Shown here piece after piece: positions 43,588 to 51,824 of a DNA stretch of 64,000 bases. The notes beneath the pieces were generated by a model. That model searched no databases. It was given only the letters and a program-made list of their open reading frames with translations, and was not told the DNA's origin. Every line of letters begins with the position of its first letter. The first letter of the stretch is position 1. The stretch lies in assembly GCF_030013205.1 (NCBI RefSeq), contig NZ_CP122648.1; one strand, 5' to 3'. Origin of the DNA: Escherichia coli (lineage in GTDB: Bacteria; Pseudomonadota; Gammaproteobacteria; Enterobacterales; Enterobacteriaceae). The position numbers and the translations under genes are program-made.

Positions 43588-43651
43588 AATCCCCCCCTCA
43601 CCGCCATATTTAAAGAAAAACTCGTACGAAAGTACGAGTTTTTTTTCGCAT
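43588..43651. repeat. direct repeat copy 2 (duplicated tRNA-Ser 3' end plus terminator)
   Basis: aatccccccctcaccgccatatttaaagaaaaactcgtacgaaagtacgagttttttttcgcat, near-identical to copy 1. Confidence 0.7.
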
Positions 43652-43889
43652 TTTATCTGCCTGTACGGCAGTGAACTCAAATACTACACGTTTAGTCCGT
43701 TATTAATAAAGCAAAACCATCTCATTTTCCTGCTACCACCCTTTTTTATCCTTACCTTCCCGCAGCACTAATTATCAACAACTTACCATCATCATCAAAA
43801 AAAGGGTCTGAACCTCCTCCACCCCATAAACAAAAAGTCCGTAACCTCTTTCGAGATTACGGACTTCACCAACCTACCTGACAATTAGA

Positions 43890-46166
43890 TTAATGCGCTG
43901 CTTCCGCCTTGTGCTTTTGTGCACTCTGGAATCCGTAAGTCAGCTCATTTTTCTCTTTATCCAGCGCGACGGTGACCTGACCGCCGTCCACCAGCGAACC
44001 AAACAACAGTTCGTTGGCGAGCGGTTTTTTCAGGTTGTCCTGGATGACACGCGCCATCGGACGTGCGCCCATTGCCCGGTCGTAACCTTTCTCGGCTAGC
44101 CAGTTACGCGCTTCCTGGCTCACTTCCAGAGAAACACCTTTCTGATCCAACTGAACCTGCAACTCGACGATGAATTTATCCACTACCTGATGGATCACGT
44201 CGGTTGACAGATGATCGAACCAGATAATGTTGTCGAGACGGTTACGAAACTCCGGCGTAAAGATCTTCTTGATCTCTTCCATCGCATCGGTGCTGTTGTC
44301 CTGGTGGATAAGACCAATCGATTTACGCTCAGTTTCTCGTACCCCAGCGTTGGTGGTCATCACCAATACCACGTTACGGAAGTCCGCTTTGCGTCCGTTG
44401 TTATCGGTCAGCGTACCGTTGTCCATCACCTGCAACAGAATATTGAACACGTCCGGGTGCGCTTTCTCGATTTCGTCCAGCAGCAGCACCGCATGTGGAT
44501 GCTTGATGACCGCATCAGTCAGCAAACCGCCCTGATCAAAACCAACGTATCCCGGAGGCGCACCAATCAGACGGCTGACGGTATGGCGTTCCATATACTC
44601 GGACATATCAAAGCGCAGAAGCTCAATGCCCAAAGCTTTCGAAAGCTGTAGCGTCACCTCTGTTTTCCCGACCCCGGTAGGGCCGGCAAACAGGAACGAA
44701 CCGACCGGTTTATGTTCGTGACCTAAACCTGCACGCGCCATCTTAATGGCTTCAGTCAGCGCCTCGATGGCTTTATCCTGACCGAAGACCAGCATTTTCA
44801 GGCGATCGCCGAGGTTTTTCAGGGTATCGCGGTCACTCTGAGAAACACTCTTCTCTGGAATGCGCGCAATACGGGCCACCACGGACTCAATATCCGCCAC
44901 ATTAACGGTTTTCTTGCGTTTGCTTACCGGCATCAGGCGTGCGCGAGCGCCCGCTTCGTCGATAACGTCAATGGCTTTATCCGGCAGATGACGATCGTTA
45001 ATGTATTTCACCGCCAGCTCTACCGCTGCACGCACCGCTTTTGCGGTATAACGCACGTCGTGGTGCGCTTCATACTTCGGTTTCAGGCCATTGATGATTT
45101 GAACAGTTTCTTCGATCGACGGTTCAGTAATATCAATTTTCTGGAAGCGACGCGCCAGAGCACGGTCTTTCTCGAAAATGTTGCTGAACTCCTGATAGGT
45201 TGTCGAACCAATTACGCGAATTTTACCGCTGGAGAGCAACGGTTTGATTAGGTTAGCCGCATCGACCTGACCACCAGACGCTGCACCCGCACCGATAATG
45301 GTGTGGATCTCATCAATAAACAGGATGCTGTTAGTGTCCTGCTCCAGCTGCTTGAGCAACGCTTTAAAACGTTTTTCAAAGTCGCCGCGATATTTTGTGC
45401 CCGCTAACAGAGAACCGATATCGAGAGAGTAAATCGTACAGTCAGCCATCACTTCCGGCACATCGCCCTGAACAATTCGCCAGGCAAGACCTTCTGCAAT
45501 CGCGGTTTTACCGACACCAGATTCCCCCACCAGCAGCGGGTTGTTTTTACGGCGACGGCAGAGAACCTGAATAGCACGCTCCAGCTCCTTCTCACGACCA
45601 ATCAGTGGGTCGATTCCGCCCACGCGCGCAAGCTGATTCAGGTTCGTCGTGAAATTCTCCATACGTTCCTCCCCACCAGCTTGTTCTTCGCTGTTTGGCT
45701 GGCTGCCAGGATCAGAAGACTGTGTCGGCTCGTCTTTACGCGTGCCATGAGAGATAAAGTTCACCACATCGAGACGGCTGACTTCATGTTTACGCAACAG
45801 ATATGCCGCCTGCGACTCCTGTTCGCTAAAGATAGCGACCAGAACGTTTGCACCGGTAACCTCATTGCGACCGGAGGACTGGACATGGAAGACCGCACGT
45901 TGCAGTACACGCTGAAAACTCAGCGTCGGCTGTGTGTCGCGCTCCTCTTCACTGGCAGGCAGAACAGGTGTGGTTTGTTCAATAAAGGCTTCCAGTTCCT
46001 GACGGAGCGCAACCAAATCCACAGAACACGCTTCCAGCGCCTCCCGGGCAGATGGGTTACTGAGCAGCGCCAGTAACAAGTGCTCGACGGTCATAAACTC
46101 ATGACGGTGCTCGCGCGCTCTGGCGAAAGCCATATTTAAACTGAGTTCCAGTTCTTGATTGAGCAT
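43890..46166 (-). CDS. clpA: ATP-dependent Clp protease ATP-binding subunit ClpA
   Basis: ATG at 46166 ([19 protein letters not shown]...), 758 aa, two AAA+ modules. Confidence 0.95.
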   Translation of the reverse strand: MLNQELELSLNMAFARAREHRHEFMTVEHLLLALLSNPSAREALEACSVDLVALRQELEAFIEQTTPVLPASEEERDTQPTLSFQRVLQRAVFHVQSSGRNEVTGANVLVAIFSEQESQAAYLLRKHEVSRLDVVNFISHGTRKDEPTQSSDPGSQPNSEEQAGGEERMENFTTNLNQLARVGGIDPLIGREKELERAIQVLCRRRKNNPLLVGESGVGKTAIAEGLAWRIVQGDVPEVMADCTIYSLDIGSLLAGTKYRGDFEKRFKALLKQLEQDTNSILFIDEIHTIIGAGAASGGQVDAANLIKPLLSSGKIRVIGSTTYQEFSNIFEKDRALARRFQKIDITEPSIEETVQIINGLKPKYEAHHDVRYTAKAVRAAVELAVKYINDRHLPDKAIDVIDEAGARARLMPVSKRKKTVNVADIESVVARIARIPEKSVSQSDRDTLKNLGDRLKMLVFGQDKAIEALTEAIKMARAGLGHEHKPVGSFLFAGPTGVGKTEVTLQLSKALGIELLRFDMSEYMERHTVSRLIGAPPGYVGFDQGGLLTDAVIKHPHAVLLLDEIEKAHPDVFNILLQVMDNGTLTDNNGRKADFRNVVLVMTTNAGVRETERKSIGLIHQDNSTDAMEEIKKIFTPEFRNRLDNIIWFDHLSTDVIHQVVDKFIVELQVQLDQKGVSLEVSQEARNWLAEKGYDRAMGARPMARVIQDNLKKPLANELLFGSLVDGGQVTVALDKEKNELTYGFQSAQKHKAEAAH

Positions 46167-46196
46167 AGGCACCTCCCCCAATTTTTATGCCTGCAT

Positions 46197-46517
46197 TCAG
46201 GCTTTTTCTAGCGTACACAGCAATGGATGCTCATTCTCCCTCGCGTACTTGTTCACCATCGCCACTTTGGTTTCTGCAACCTCGGCGGTAAAGACTCCGC
46301 AAATGGCCTTCCCCTGGTAGTGAACAGCGAGCATCAATTGCGTTGCACGTTCTACATCATAAGAAAAGAATTTTTGTAACACGTCAATAACAAACTCCAT
46401 CGGAGTGTAATCATCATTGACTAATATCACTTTATACATAGATGGCGGTTTTAGCGCGTCGCGAACTTTTTCTTCCGCCAGTTGATCAAAGTCCAGCCAG
46501 TCGTTCGTTTTACCCAT
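46197..46517 (-). CDS. clpS: Clp adaptor ClpS
   Basis: 106-aa [46 protein letters not shown]... Confidence 0.95.
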
Positions 46518-46690
46518 TGTCAGTTATCATCTTCGGTTACGGTTATCGGCAGAACGCCCTGCCGCTGACAAGAGCTTATTTGCCTGACCAATCTACTCCA
46601 CATGATAGATAACTATCATTTATATCATTTAGTTAATTAGTCTTTATTTTTCATTATGTTGCAAATAACAACCCCGTCAAAAACAGTGAT

Positions 46691-46715
46691 ATTAACTACA
46701 CCATTAACTACACCG
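46691..46715. repeat. island-end repeat attaactacaccattaactacaccg (tandem 12-mers)
   Basis: Near-identical 25-mer at 57068..57092; both followed by CGAACAA-type motifs. Confidence 0.6.
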
Positions 46716-47303
46716 CTTCACGAACAATATCGAACAACCGCGAACAAAGATCAACACGCTTTAATCATTATCATTTTCCGGCTATCCGTCATGAAGCTGG
46801 TGGATGATCTGCGTGGTGATTTCCACCATTCAGAGCAGGGGCGGTCATCATGACCATGCCATAACAAAAACCCCATATTCGTGGTTTTTCTGTGTCGGGG
46901 CTATTCTGCTGTTGCCGTGCTGGTGGATATTCTCCGGTATGCGGCTCCCCATATCGGCATCAGGCCCACCAGCGTGAAGCGTTTTTCATTTTTCGCGGGT
47001 ATAAAAAATCGATGGGGCGGGCAGTCCTGAAGACGTCAGGGTACGGAGATTTGACCCGCCCCTCCCTGTGCATGAGCACAATAAGTAACCGAAGGCGGAA
47101 TTCCGCCCTCGGTACTTACATATGAGAAACGATATTTCTTCCACCGATACCCTTTATTTGGGTATTGCGAGTAAGCCCCAAAATCTGGGTGTTACTCTTA
47201 CTACCCAAACTACGGGTAGTTTCCGTAGTTTCATGGTCGAGTTGCAAATCTGCAACTCACCCACCAGCCAACGCAATTTTGCGTTATCGGGAATATCAGC
47301 AAG

Positions 47304-47591
47304 TTACCGCCGCAGTCGTTCCGGCTTCTTCCACTGGTAAGTATTTTTCGCGCTCTCCCTCCGTTGTTGAGAACGGCGACGGTATGCCAGCAACTCAAGG
47401 ACTCTGGTTCGTATGTTGCGCATATCCACGCCGTTAAGCTCAATACCATCACGGCGCATCACCTCAGCAACAACACGCGCGTAATTTTCAGCGGTGACTG
47501 TATCCGGCTGCGCGGCCTGTTCGTCAGCCAACTGGCTGATTCCACCAGCACAGCGGATTAATCGCAGTATTTCAGATTCGGTCATTATCAT
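47304..47591 (-). CDS. hypothetical protein downstream of terS-like gene
   Basis: 95-aa ORF, ATG overlaps the upstream stop. Confidence 0.5.
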   Translation of the reverse strand: MIMTESEILRLIRCAGGISQLADEQAAQPDTVTAENYARVVAEVMRRDGIELNGVDMRNIRTRVLELLAYRRRSQQRRESAKNTYQWKKPERLRR

Positions 47592-48073
47592 GCCTGTTTT
47601 GCGACCTCATTCACTACGTCATTTTTTACCATCCGGCTGATAATCTGATTACACAAATCGTCAATAATTGACTGCACTCTGTTTACTGCCATCGGTTTAA
47701 GCCCGGCATCACGTGCCAGAATATTGGGGAGTTTTGCCAGTTCCTCGCTTACGATTTCCCCCCATATAGCCATCTCTTTTCGCACATCATCGGCGGGTAT
47801 GAGTTGCGCCGTTTCCTGTTCGAACTTGAGGCGTTCACGTTCGGACTGATACCAGGCCTTACGGTCTTGTGGCTCCATTTCTTCCAGTGATGCCGGAACG
47901 GGAAGATCAAGAAAACAGGTCAGAATGTCAGTCACCCGATAGAGTTTCAGCTTGTCATGCCCTCCGGCTGGCTGGATGTTTTTCAGCCTTGCCGCCGCAG
48001 TCTGACGACATATTCCCGCTATCGCCGCCAGTTGATTAATGTTCAGCATCAGATTTTTCAGTTCTCGATCCAT
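47588..48073 (-). CDS. Nu1-like small terminase subunit / packaging-redirection (Rpp-like) protein
   Basis: ATG at 48073 (MDRELKNLMLNINQLAAIAGICRQTAAARL...), N-terminal wHTH plus coiled coil resembling lambda Nu1; the track start at 48160 is TTG. Confidence 0.55.
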   Translation of the reverse strand: MDRELKNLMLNINQLAAIAGICRQTAAARLKNIQPAGGHDKLKLYRVTDILTCFLDLPVPASLEEMEPQDRKAWYQSERERLKFEQETAQLIPADDVRKEMAIWGEIVSEELAKLPNILARDAGLKPMAVNRVQSIIDDLCNQIISRMVKNDVVNEVAKQA

Positions 48074-48226
48074 ACCCGCTCCAGAATGTTTTAAACATGC
48101 ATCTTGCGAACAACTTTCAGAAGAGGTCAAAAAATGCGCTATATGTTGAGCATAAAACAAGCAAAATTAACATGCCAAAAATAAAAATACTTAAAATTCA
48201 ATACAATATGAAGATGATGATGACGA

Positions 48227-48322
48227 ATGAAAATGCAAAAACTAGCCTTTTTCCGCGCCGCTCCCGCCCCGTGGCAGACCACTCCACCGGGAGGACCCGT
48301 AAAAAAGGCGGCTGTCGCCGCC
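48227..48322. repeat. conserved intergenic element A (about 72 nt shared with element B, then a GC hairpin)
   Basis: About 85 percent identical to 50761..50832; hairpin ggcggctgtcgccgcc at 48307..48322. Confidence 0.6.
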
Positions 48323-48329
48323 CTTGTTG

Positions 48330-50243
48330 TCATGCTCCACTCGATTTCAGTAATCCGCGATAATCGAGGGCCGCGACACCTGCATCTATGCGCACTTTCC
48401 AGGCGACACCATCAACAGTAAAGCCCACCTGCTCCTCAAGATATGGCGTATCCATACCATCAAGATAAGCGACTTCTATTGTGTCCATCCCCTTAGCTGC
48501 GGCTACATACCATTCCTTGCTATTGGCCTTATCAAGACGTGGCTCAACAATTACTTCTGCCATATCTTTCACCACGTTAATGATGCCGGGGTTCTGATTG
48601 ATAGTGCTCTCATCACCAACCGGAAAGACTGATGACGATGACAGAATGGCGCGACGCGCGGCAGATTCCAGCGCGGCAGGGACCAGAACAAAAGCAGGGG
48701 TAATATTCAGTGAGTCGCCGTTAGCATCCTCCTGGAGGCGCATCAGCTTACGGGCTTCATCAAGCCCCACCATGTCCATATCCTTCGCAATAAGATTTTT
48801 ATGATCGGCATGGAATAACGCTTTACCATCCGTAAATTTGCCGTTGCTGGTTAACAGAAGATAAACCAGATTACCTACTGTTCTGGCGGCCGCACGCCCC
48901 ATCGCCATGGGGATTGTAGTTAACTGGGTCAGGTCATCGTTGATAATGGCCTGACGGGTAACAGAAAAAATATTACCGTATGTGGCCAGCGCAATAGGTA
49001 CACCTTTATCGCTGGTGGTGATGTATTTATATTCCGCACCTTCCGGTACTTTATCCAGCTTTGAAAAACCATTCAGACCAACGCGCTTTGCTTCATGAAA
49101 GTTTGAAAGCGATCCGGTACGCGTCCATTTCTGGAACGTTTCGCCGCTGTCCTGCCAGCCTTTCAGCACTGATTTTTCAGCACCACCAGCCAGAATATGA
49201 GAAAAATCGCTGCTGCTGTGTGTGAAAGCTGCATTAACGACCTGCGAGCGATTTAAAAAACTGCCAACACTGATACCACGATCAGTTAGTGATGCCTGGG
49301 CCATTTCAAAAAGGCTCATCATCGCGTAAGGATTTCCCCGCTCTGGGCGTTCATACCCAAGACGAGAATAAAGCCCCTGACGAATTGCATCGCCTGTTAT
49401 GTTCCCGTTACCGGCATAAATATGAGTCGGGATATTTTTATTGGATGGCGTGGACTCGCGCCCCAGCTCGTTCAACAACTTTTCACGGGCCATCTCCGGT
49501 GTACATGATGCATCCTCCAGGCACGCCATTTTGATCCCGTCGTAACGACTGCCGAACAGGCTAAACACTTCACTTATTCCGTTGATGCGCTTCTGTTCAT
49601 TACCAGCAATATTGGCTGCTCCCTGTGGCGGGGTAATCATTCCTTTAATGGTTTCAGGCATGTGTGAAAAATCTCCTGTGCGTTTCGATTCAATTCGCGC
49701 CATTGCTGTGACAGATGGCAACAATTCATCAGCAAAACCGTGCTTAAGGCATTCTTTCCCGTCCATCCAGGTTTCATCTTCCAGCATGGCGGTAATTTCC
49801 TGTGCTGATTTGCCCGTTTTTCTGGCATAAGCAGGGACTAACACGGTTTCCACCTTATCCAGCAAATCAGCATAATCACGCATATCACCAGCATTTCCGC
49901 CAGAGATACCCCACGGCTTATGTATCATCATCATGGCGTTTTCCGGCATCACAACACGATCGCCAGCCATTGCGACAACCGAAGCCATTGAAGCCGCAAC
50001 ACCATCGATATAAACCGTAATTTCTGCCGGATGATTCCGTAACAGGTTATAGATGGCGATGCCTTCAAACACGTCACCACCTGGCGAATGGATCCGCAGG
50101 TCGATATGTGAGACATCGCCCAGGGCTTTCAGGTCTTCCGCAAACTGCTTCGCGGTAATACCGAAGCCGCCAATTTCTTCATAGATGGATATTTCTGCCG
50201 CTCCGCGAACACCCAGCGCCTTAATGGTGTACCAGTGATTCAT
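48330..50243 (-). CDS. prohead protease (ClpP/S49-like) fused to HK97-fold major capsid protein
   Basis: Single 637-aa ORF; N-terminal serine-protease-like region (HSPGGDVFEGIAIYN...), C-terminal roughly 400 aa capsid-like. Confidence 0.8.
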   Translation of the reverse strand: MNHWYTIKALGVRGAAEISIYEEIGGFGITAKQFAEDLKALGDVSHIDLRIHSPGGDVFEGIAIYNLLRNHPAEITVYIDGVAASMASVVAMAGDRVVMPENAMMMIHKPWGISGGNAGDMRDYADLLDKVETVLVPAYARKTGKSAQEITAMLEDETWMDGKECLKHGFADELLPSVTAMARIESKRTGDFSHMPETIKGMITPPQGAANIAGNEQKRINGISEVFSLFGSRYDGIKMACLEDASCTPEMAREKLLNELGRESTPSNKNIPTHIYAGNGNITGDAIRQGLYSRLGYERPERGNPYAMMSLFEMAQASLTDRGISVGSFLNRSQVVNAAFTHSSSDFSHILAGGAEKSVLKGWQDSGETFQKWTRTGSLSNFHEAKRVGLNGFSKLDKVPEGAEYKYITTSDKGVPIALATYGNIFSVTRQAIINDDLTQLTTIPMAMGRAAARTVGNLVYLLLTSNGKFTDGKALFHADHKNLIAKDMDMVGLDEARKLMRLQEDANGDSLNITPAFVLVPAALESAARRAILSSSSVFPVGDESTINQNPGIINVVKDMAEVIVEPRLDKANSKEWYVAAAKGMDTIEVAYLDGMDTPYLEEQVGFTVDGVAWKVRIDAGVAALDYRGLLKSSGA

Positions 50244-50449
50244 TGCTCCCCCCCAGATGCAAAACCATTCTTATCAAGCCACGCGTTAACCGCGTGTCTG
50301 ACAATCTGCGCCGCACCTGGTAATGGTTGGTCAGGATGATGATTTATGTGGTCGATCCTGTACTGCTTAAGGCGCATAACGGTCTGCGCATCCAGATGAA
50401 CGGAACCACCTTTTACCTCGCCTGTGTTCAGGTCGTTAATACAATTCAC
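50240..50449 (-). CDS. hypothetical small protein (non-ATG start)
   Basis: 69-aa ORF with GTG start and AGAGGA RBS; stop overlaps the capsid start. Confidence 0.4.
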   Translation of the reverse strand: MNCINDLNTGEVKGGSVHLDAQTVMRLKQYRIDHINHHPDQPLPGAAQIVRHAVNAWLDKNGFASGGEQ

Positions 50450-50760
50450 AGTAACTTCCTCTTACTGACTAAACTGCGCGCATTATTGATCGATAAAAGT
50501 GGTAGATAAACATATTTCTATCATAAAAATAGATTAATCAGATTCAGACACAAAAAAGCCGGAGAGAATCCGGCATAAATATCCCGCCATCTGAACACGT
50601 TTTGCACAGGCAACTCCATCTGGCAGGTGAAAAACAAATTTATTTATATATTTCAATTAATTGCAAACTGGTCTAATGACAGGGAGAAAAAAATATTGTA
50701 CAGGTGAAAACAGAAATAACTTTTAATTATCAATAAATTACTACACATGCTGCCGCCGCC

Positions 50761-50858
50761 ATGAAAATGCAAAAACCAGCCTTTTTCCGCGACGCTCCCG
50801 CCCCGTGGCAGGTCACTACACCGGGAGGACCCATAAAAAAGCCGGATTGCTCCGGCTT
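50761..50858. repeat. conserved intergenic element B (copy of element A core, different terminal hairpin)
   Basis: atgaaaatgcaaaaaccagcctttttccgcg...ccgggaggaccc then gccggattgctccggc hairpin with T-run on the minus strand. Confidence 0.6.
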
Positions 50859-50872
50859 CTGTTACTCGTTGC

Positions 50873-51295
50873 TTAAAACGGTATGTTATCCCCGTACGGA
50901 TCATCATTTCCCGCCTGTTGTTTTGCTCTGCTCAGTGCATCAGTAGCCTGCCCCTGTTGGCCTTTTTTGCCGCCCGGTCGCGCCGTTCTCGCACTGATTA
51001 CGCTGTCTGCGATAACCTGCCAGCCCTGCCGCGTCTCCCCGTTCTGTCCGGTCCACTGGCTCACCTGCATGTTACCCGCCACGCTCAGGAGTTCACCCTT
51101 GCGGTGCTTTGCCAGTGCTTCGGCCTGTCTGCCAAACGCCAGGACGGATAACCACATCGTCGCCGTTCCGTCATCTGCCTGGCTGCACGGAAGTGGGACC
51201 GCCATACTCGCCATCGTCATTTGTGTACCCTTGCTGGTGGTCTTTAACTGCGGGTCAGCCACCAGCCGCCCGTAAGCCGCTATCTGTGCTGTCAT
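50873..51295 (-). CDS. single-stranded DNA-binding protein (SSB-like)
   Basis: 140 aa, OB-fold-like N-terminus and acidic C-terminal tail DDPYGDNIPF like the SSB DDDIPF tail. Confidence 0.65.
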   Translation of the reverse strand: MTAQIAAYGRLVADPQLKTTSKGTQMTMASMAVPLPCSQADDGTATMWLSVLAFGRQAEALAKHRKGELLSVAGNMQVSQWTGQNGETRQGWQVIADSVISARTARPGGKKGQQGQATDALSRAKQQAGNDDPYGDNIPF

Positions 51296-51537
51296 GCTGT
51301 CTGCTCTCCGGTTTTAACGTTGATGGTTGTCACCTGTTCCGCTTCGGCAATCTCCCGTTCTGTCAGCGTGGCAAAGTTTGCAGCTGCCGTTGTCATGAAT
51401 GAGCTAATCAGTTCGGGATGTGCTTTCGCATATCCTTCCCCGGCGTTGCGGTCGATGATTTTTATCGACACCCTTAACCAGTGTTCCGTCAAATCAAGGG
51501 CGTGCGATTGTGATTTTTTTGTGTGCTTCGCTGTCAT
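51292..51537 (-). CDS. hypothetical protein
   Basis: 81-aa ORF overlapping the SSB start. Confidence 0.45.
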   Translation of the reverse strand: MTAKHTKKSQSHALDLTEHWLRVSIKIIDRNAGEGYAKAHPELISSFMTTAAANFATLTEREIAEAEQVTTINVKTGEQTA

Positions 51538-51583
51538 AGGCTTTATCTCACAGCAGTAAATTAAAATTTTTGCGTTTTAACCC

Positions 51584-51812
51584 TTCACCTGTTCACCTTT
51601 TGATATTTTATCTTTTAATTCATAATGTTAAGGGGTGAACAGTTTCACAAAAACTATTCACCAACTGTTCACCACTGTTCACCCTTGAAGCTCAATAAAC
51701 AATCAAAAAGGTGAACAGTGAATAGTTTGGTGAACAGTTCATAAATAACTGTTCACCCTATAACATACTGATACAAAAGATATTTATGACAGGGTGAACA
51801 GTGGTGAACAGT
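51584..51812. repeat. iteron array: at least 9 copies of TGTTCACC/GGTGAACA in both orientations (P4 ori/crr-like)
   Basis: Octamers counted at 51590, 51634, 51666, 51676, 51710, 51729, 51750, 51793, 51803, with TATTCACC variants; immediately downstream of the alpha-like gene. Confidence 0.7.
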
Positions 51813-51824
51813 TATTCCATAAGT

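Noticed and set aside
46716-47303. Retron or tmRNA-like element suggested by the dense hairpins
   Set aside because: No reverse transcriptase gene nearby and no tRNA-like acceptor or tag-peptide frame recognisable; left as unexplained structured noncoding DNA.
48227-48421. Short plus-strand ORFs starting in the twin conserved elements (also 50761..50946), sharing an MKMQK...APAPWQ N-terminus
   Set aside because: Differences between the copies are mostly non-synonymous and the frames run antisense into neighbouring genes; conservation is better explained at the nucleotide level.
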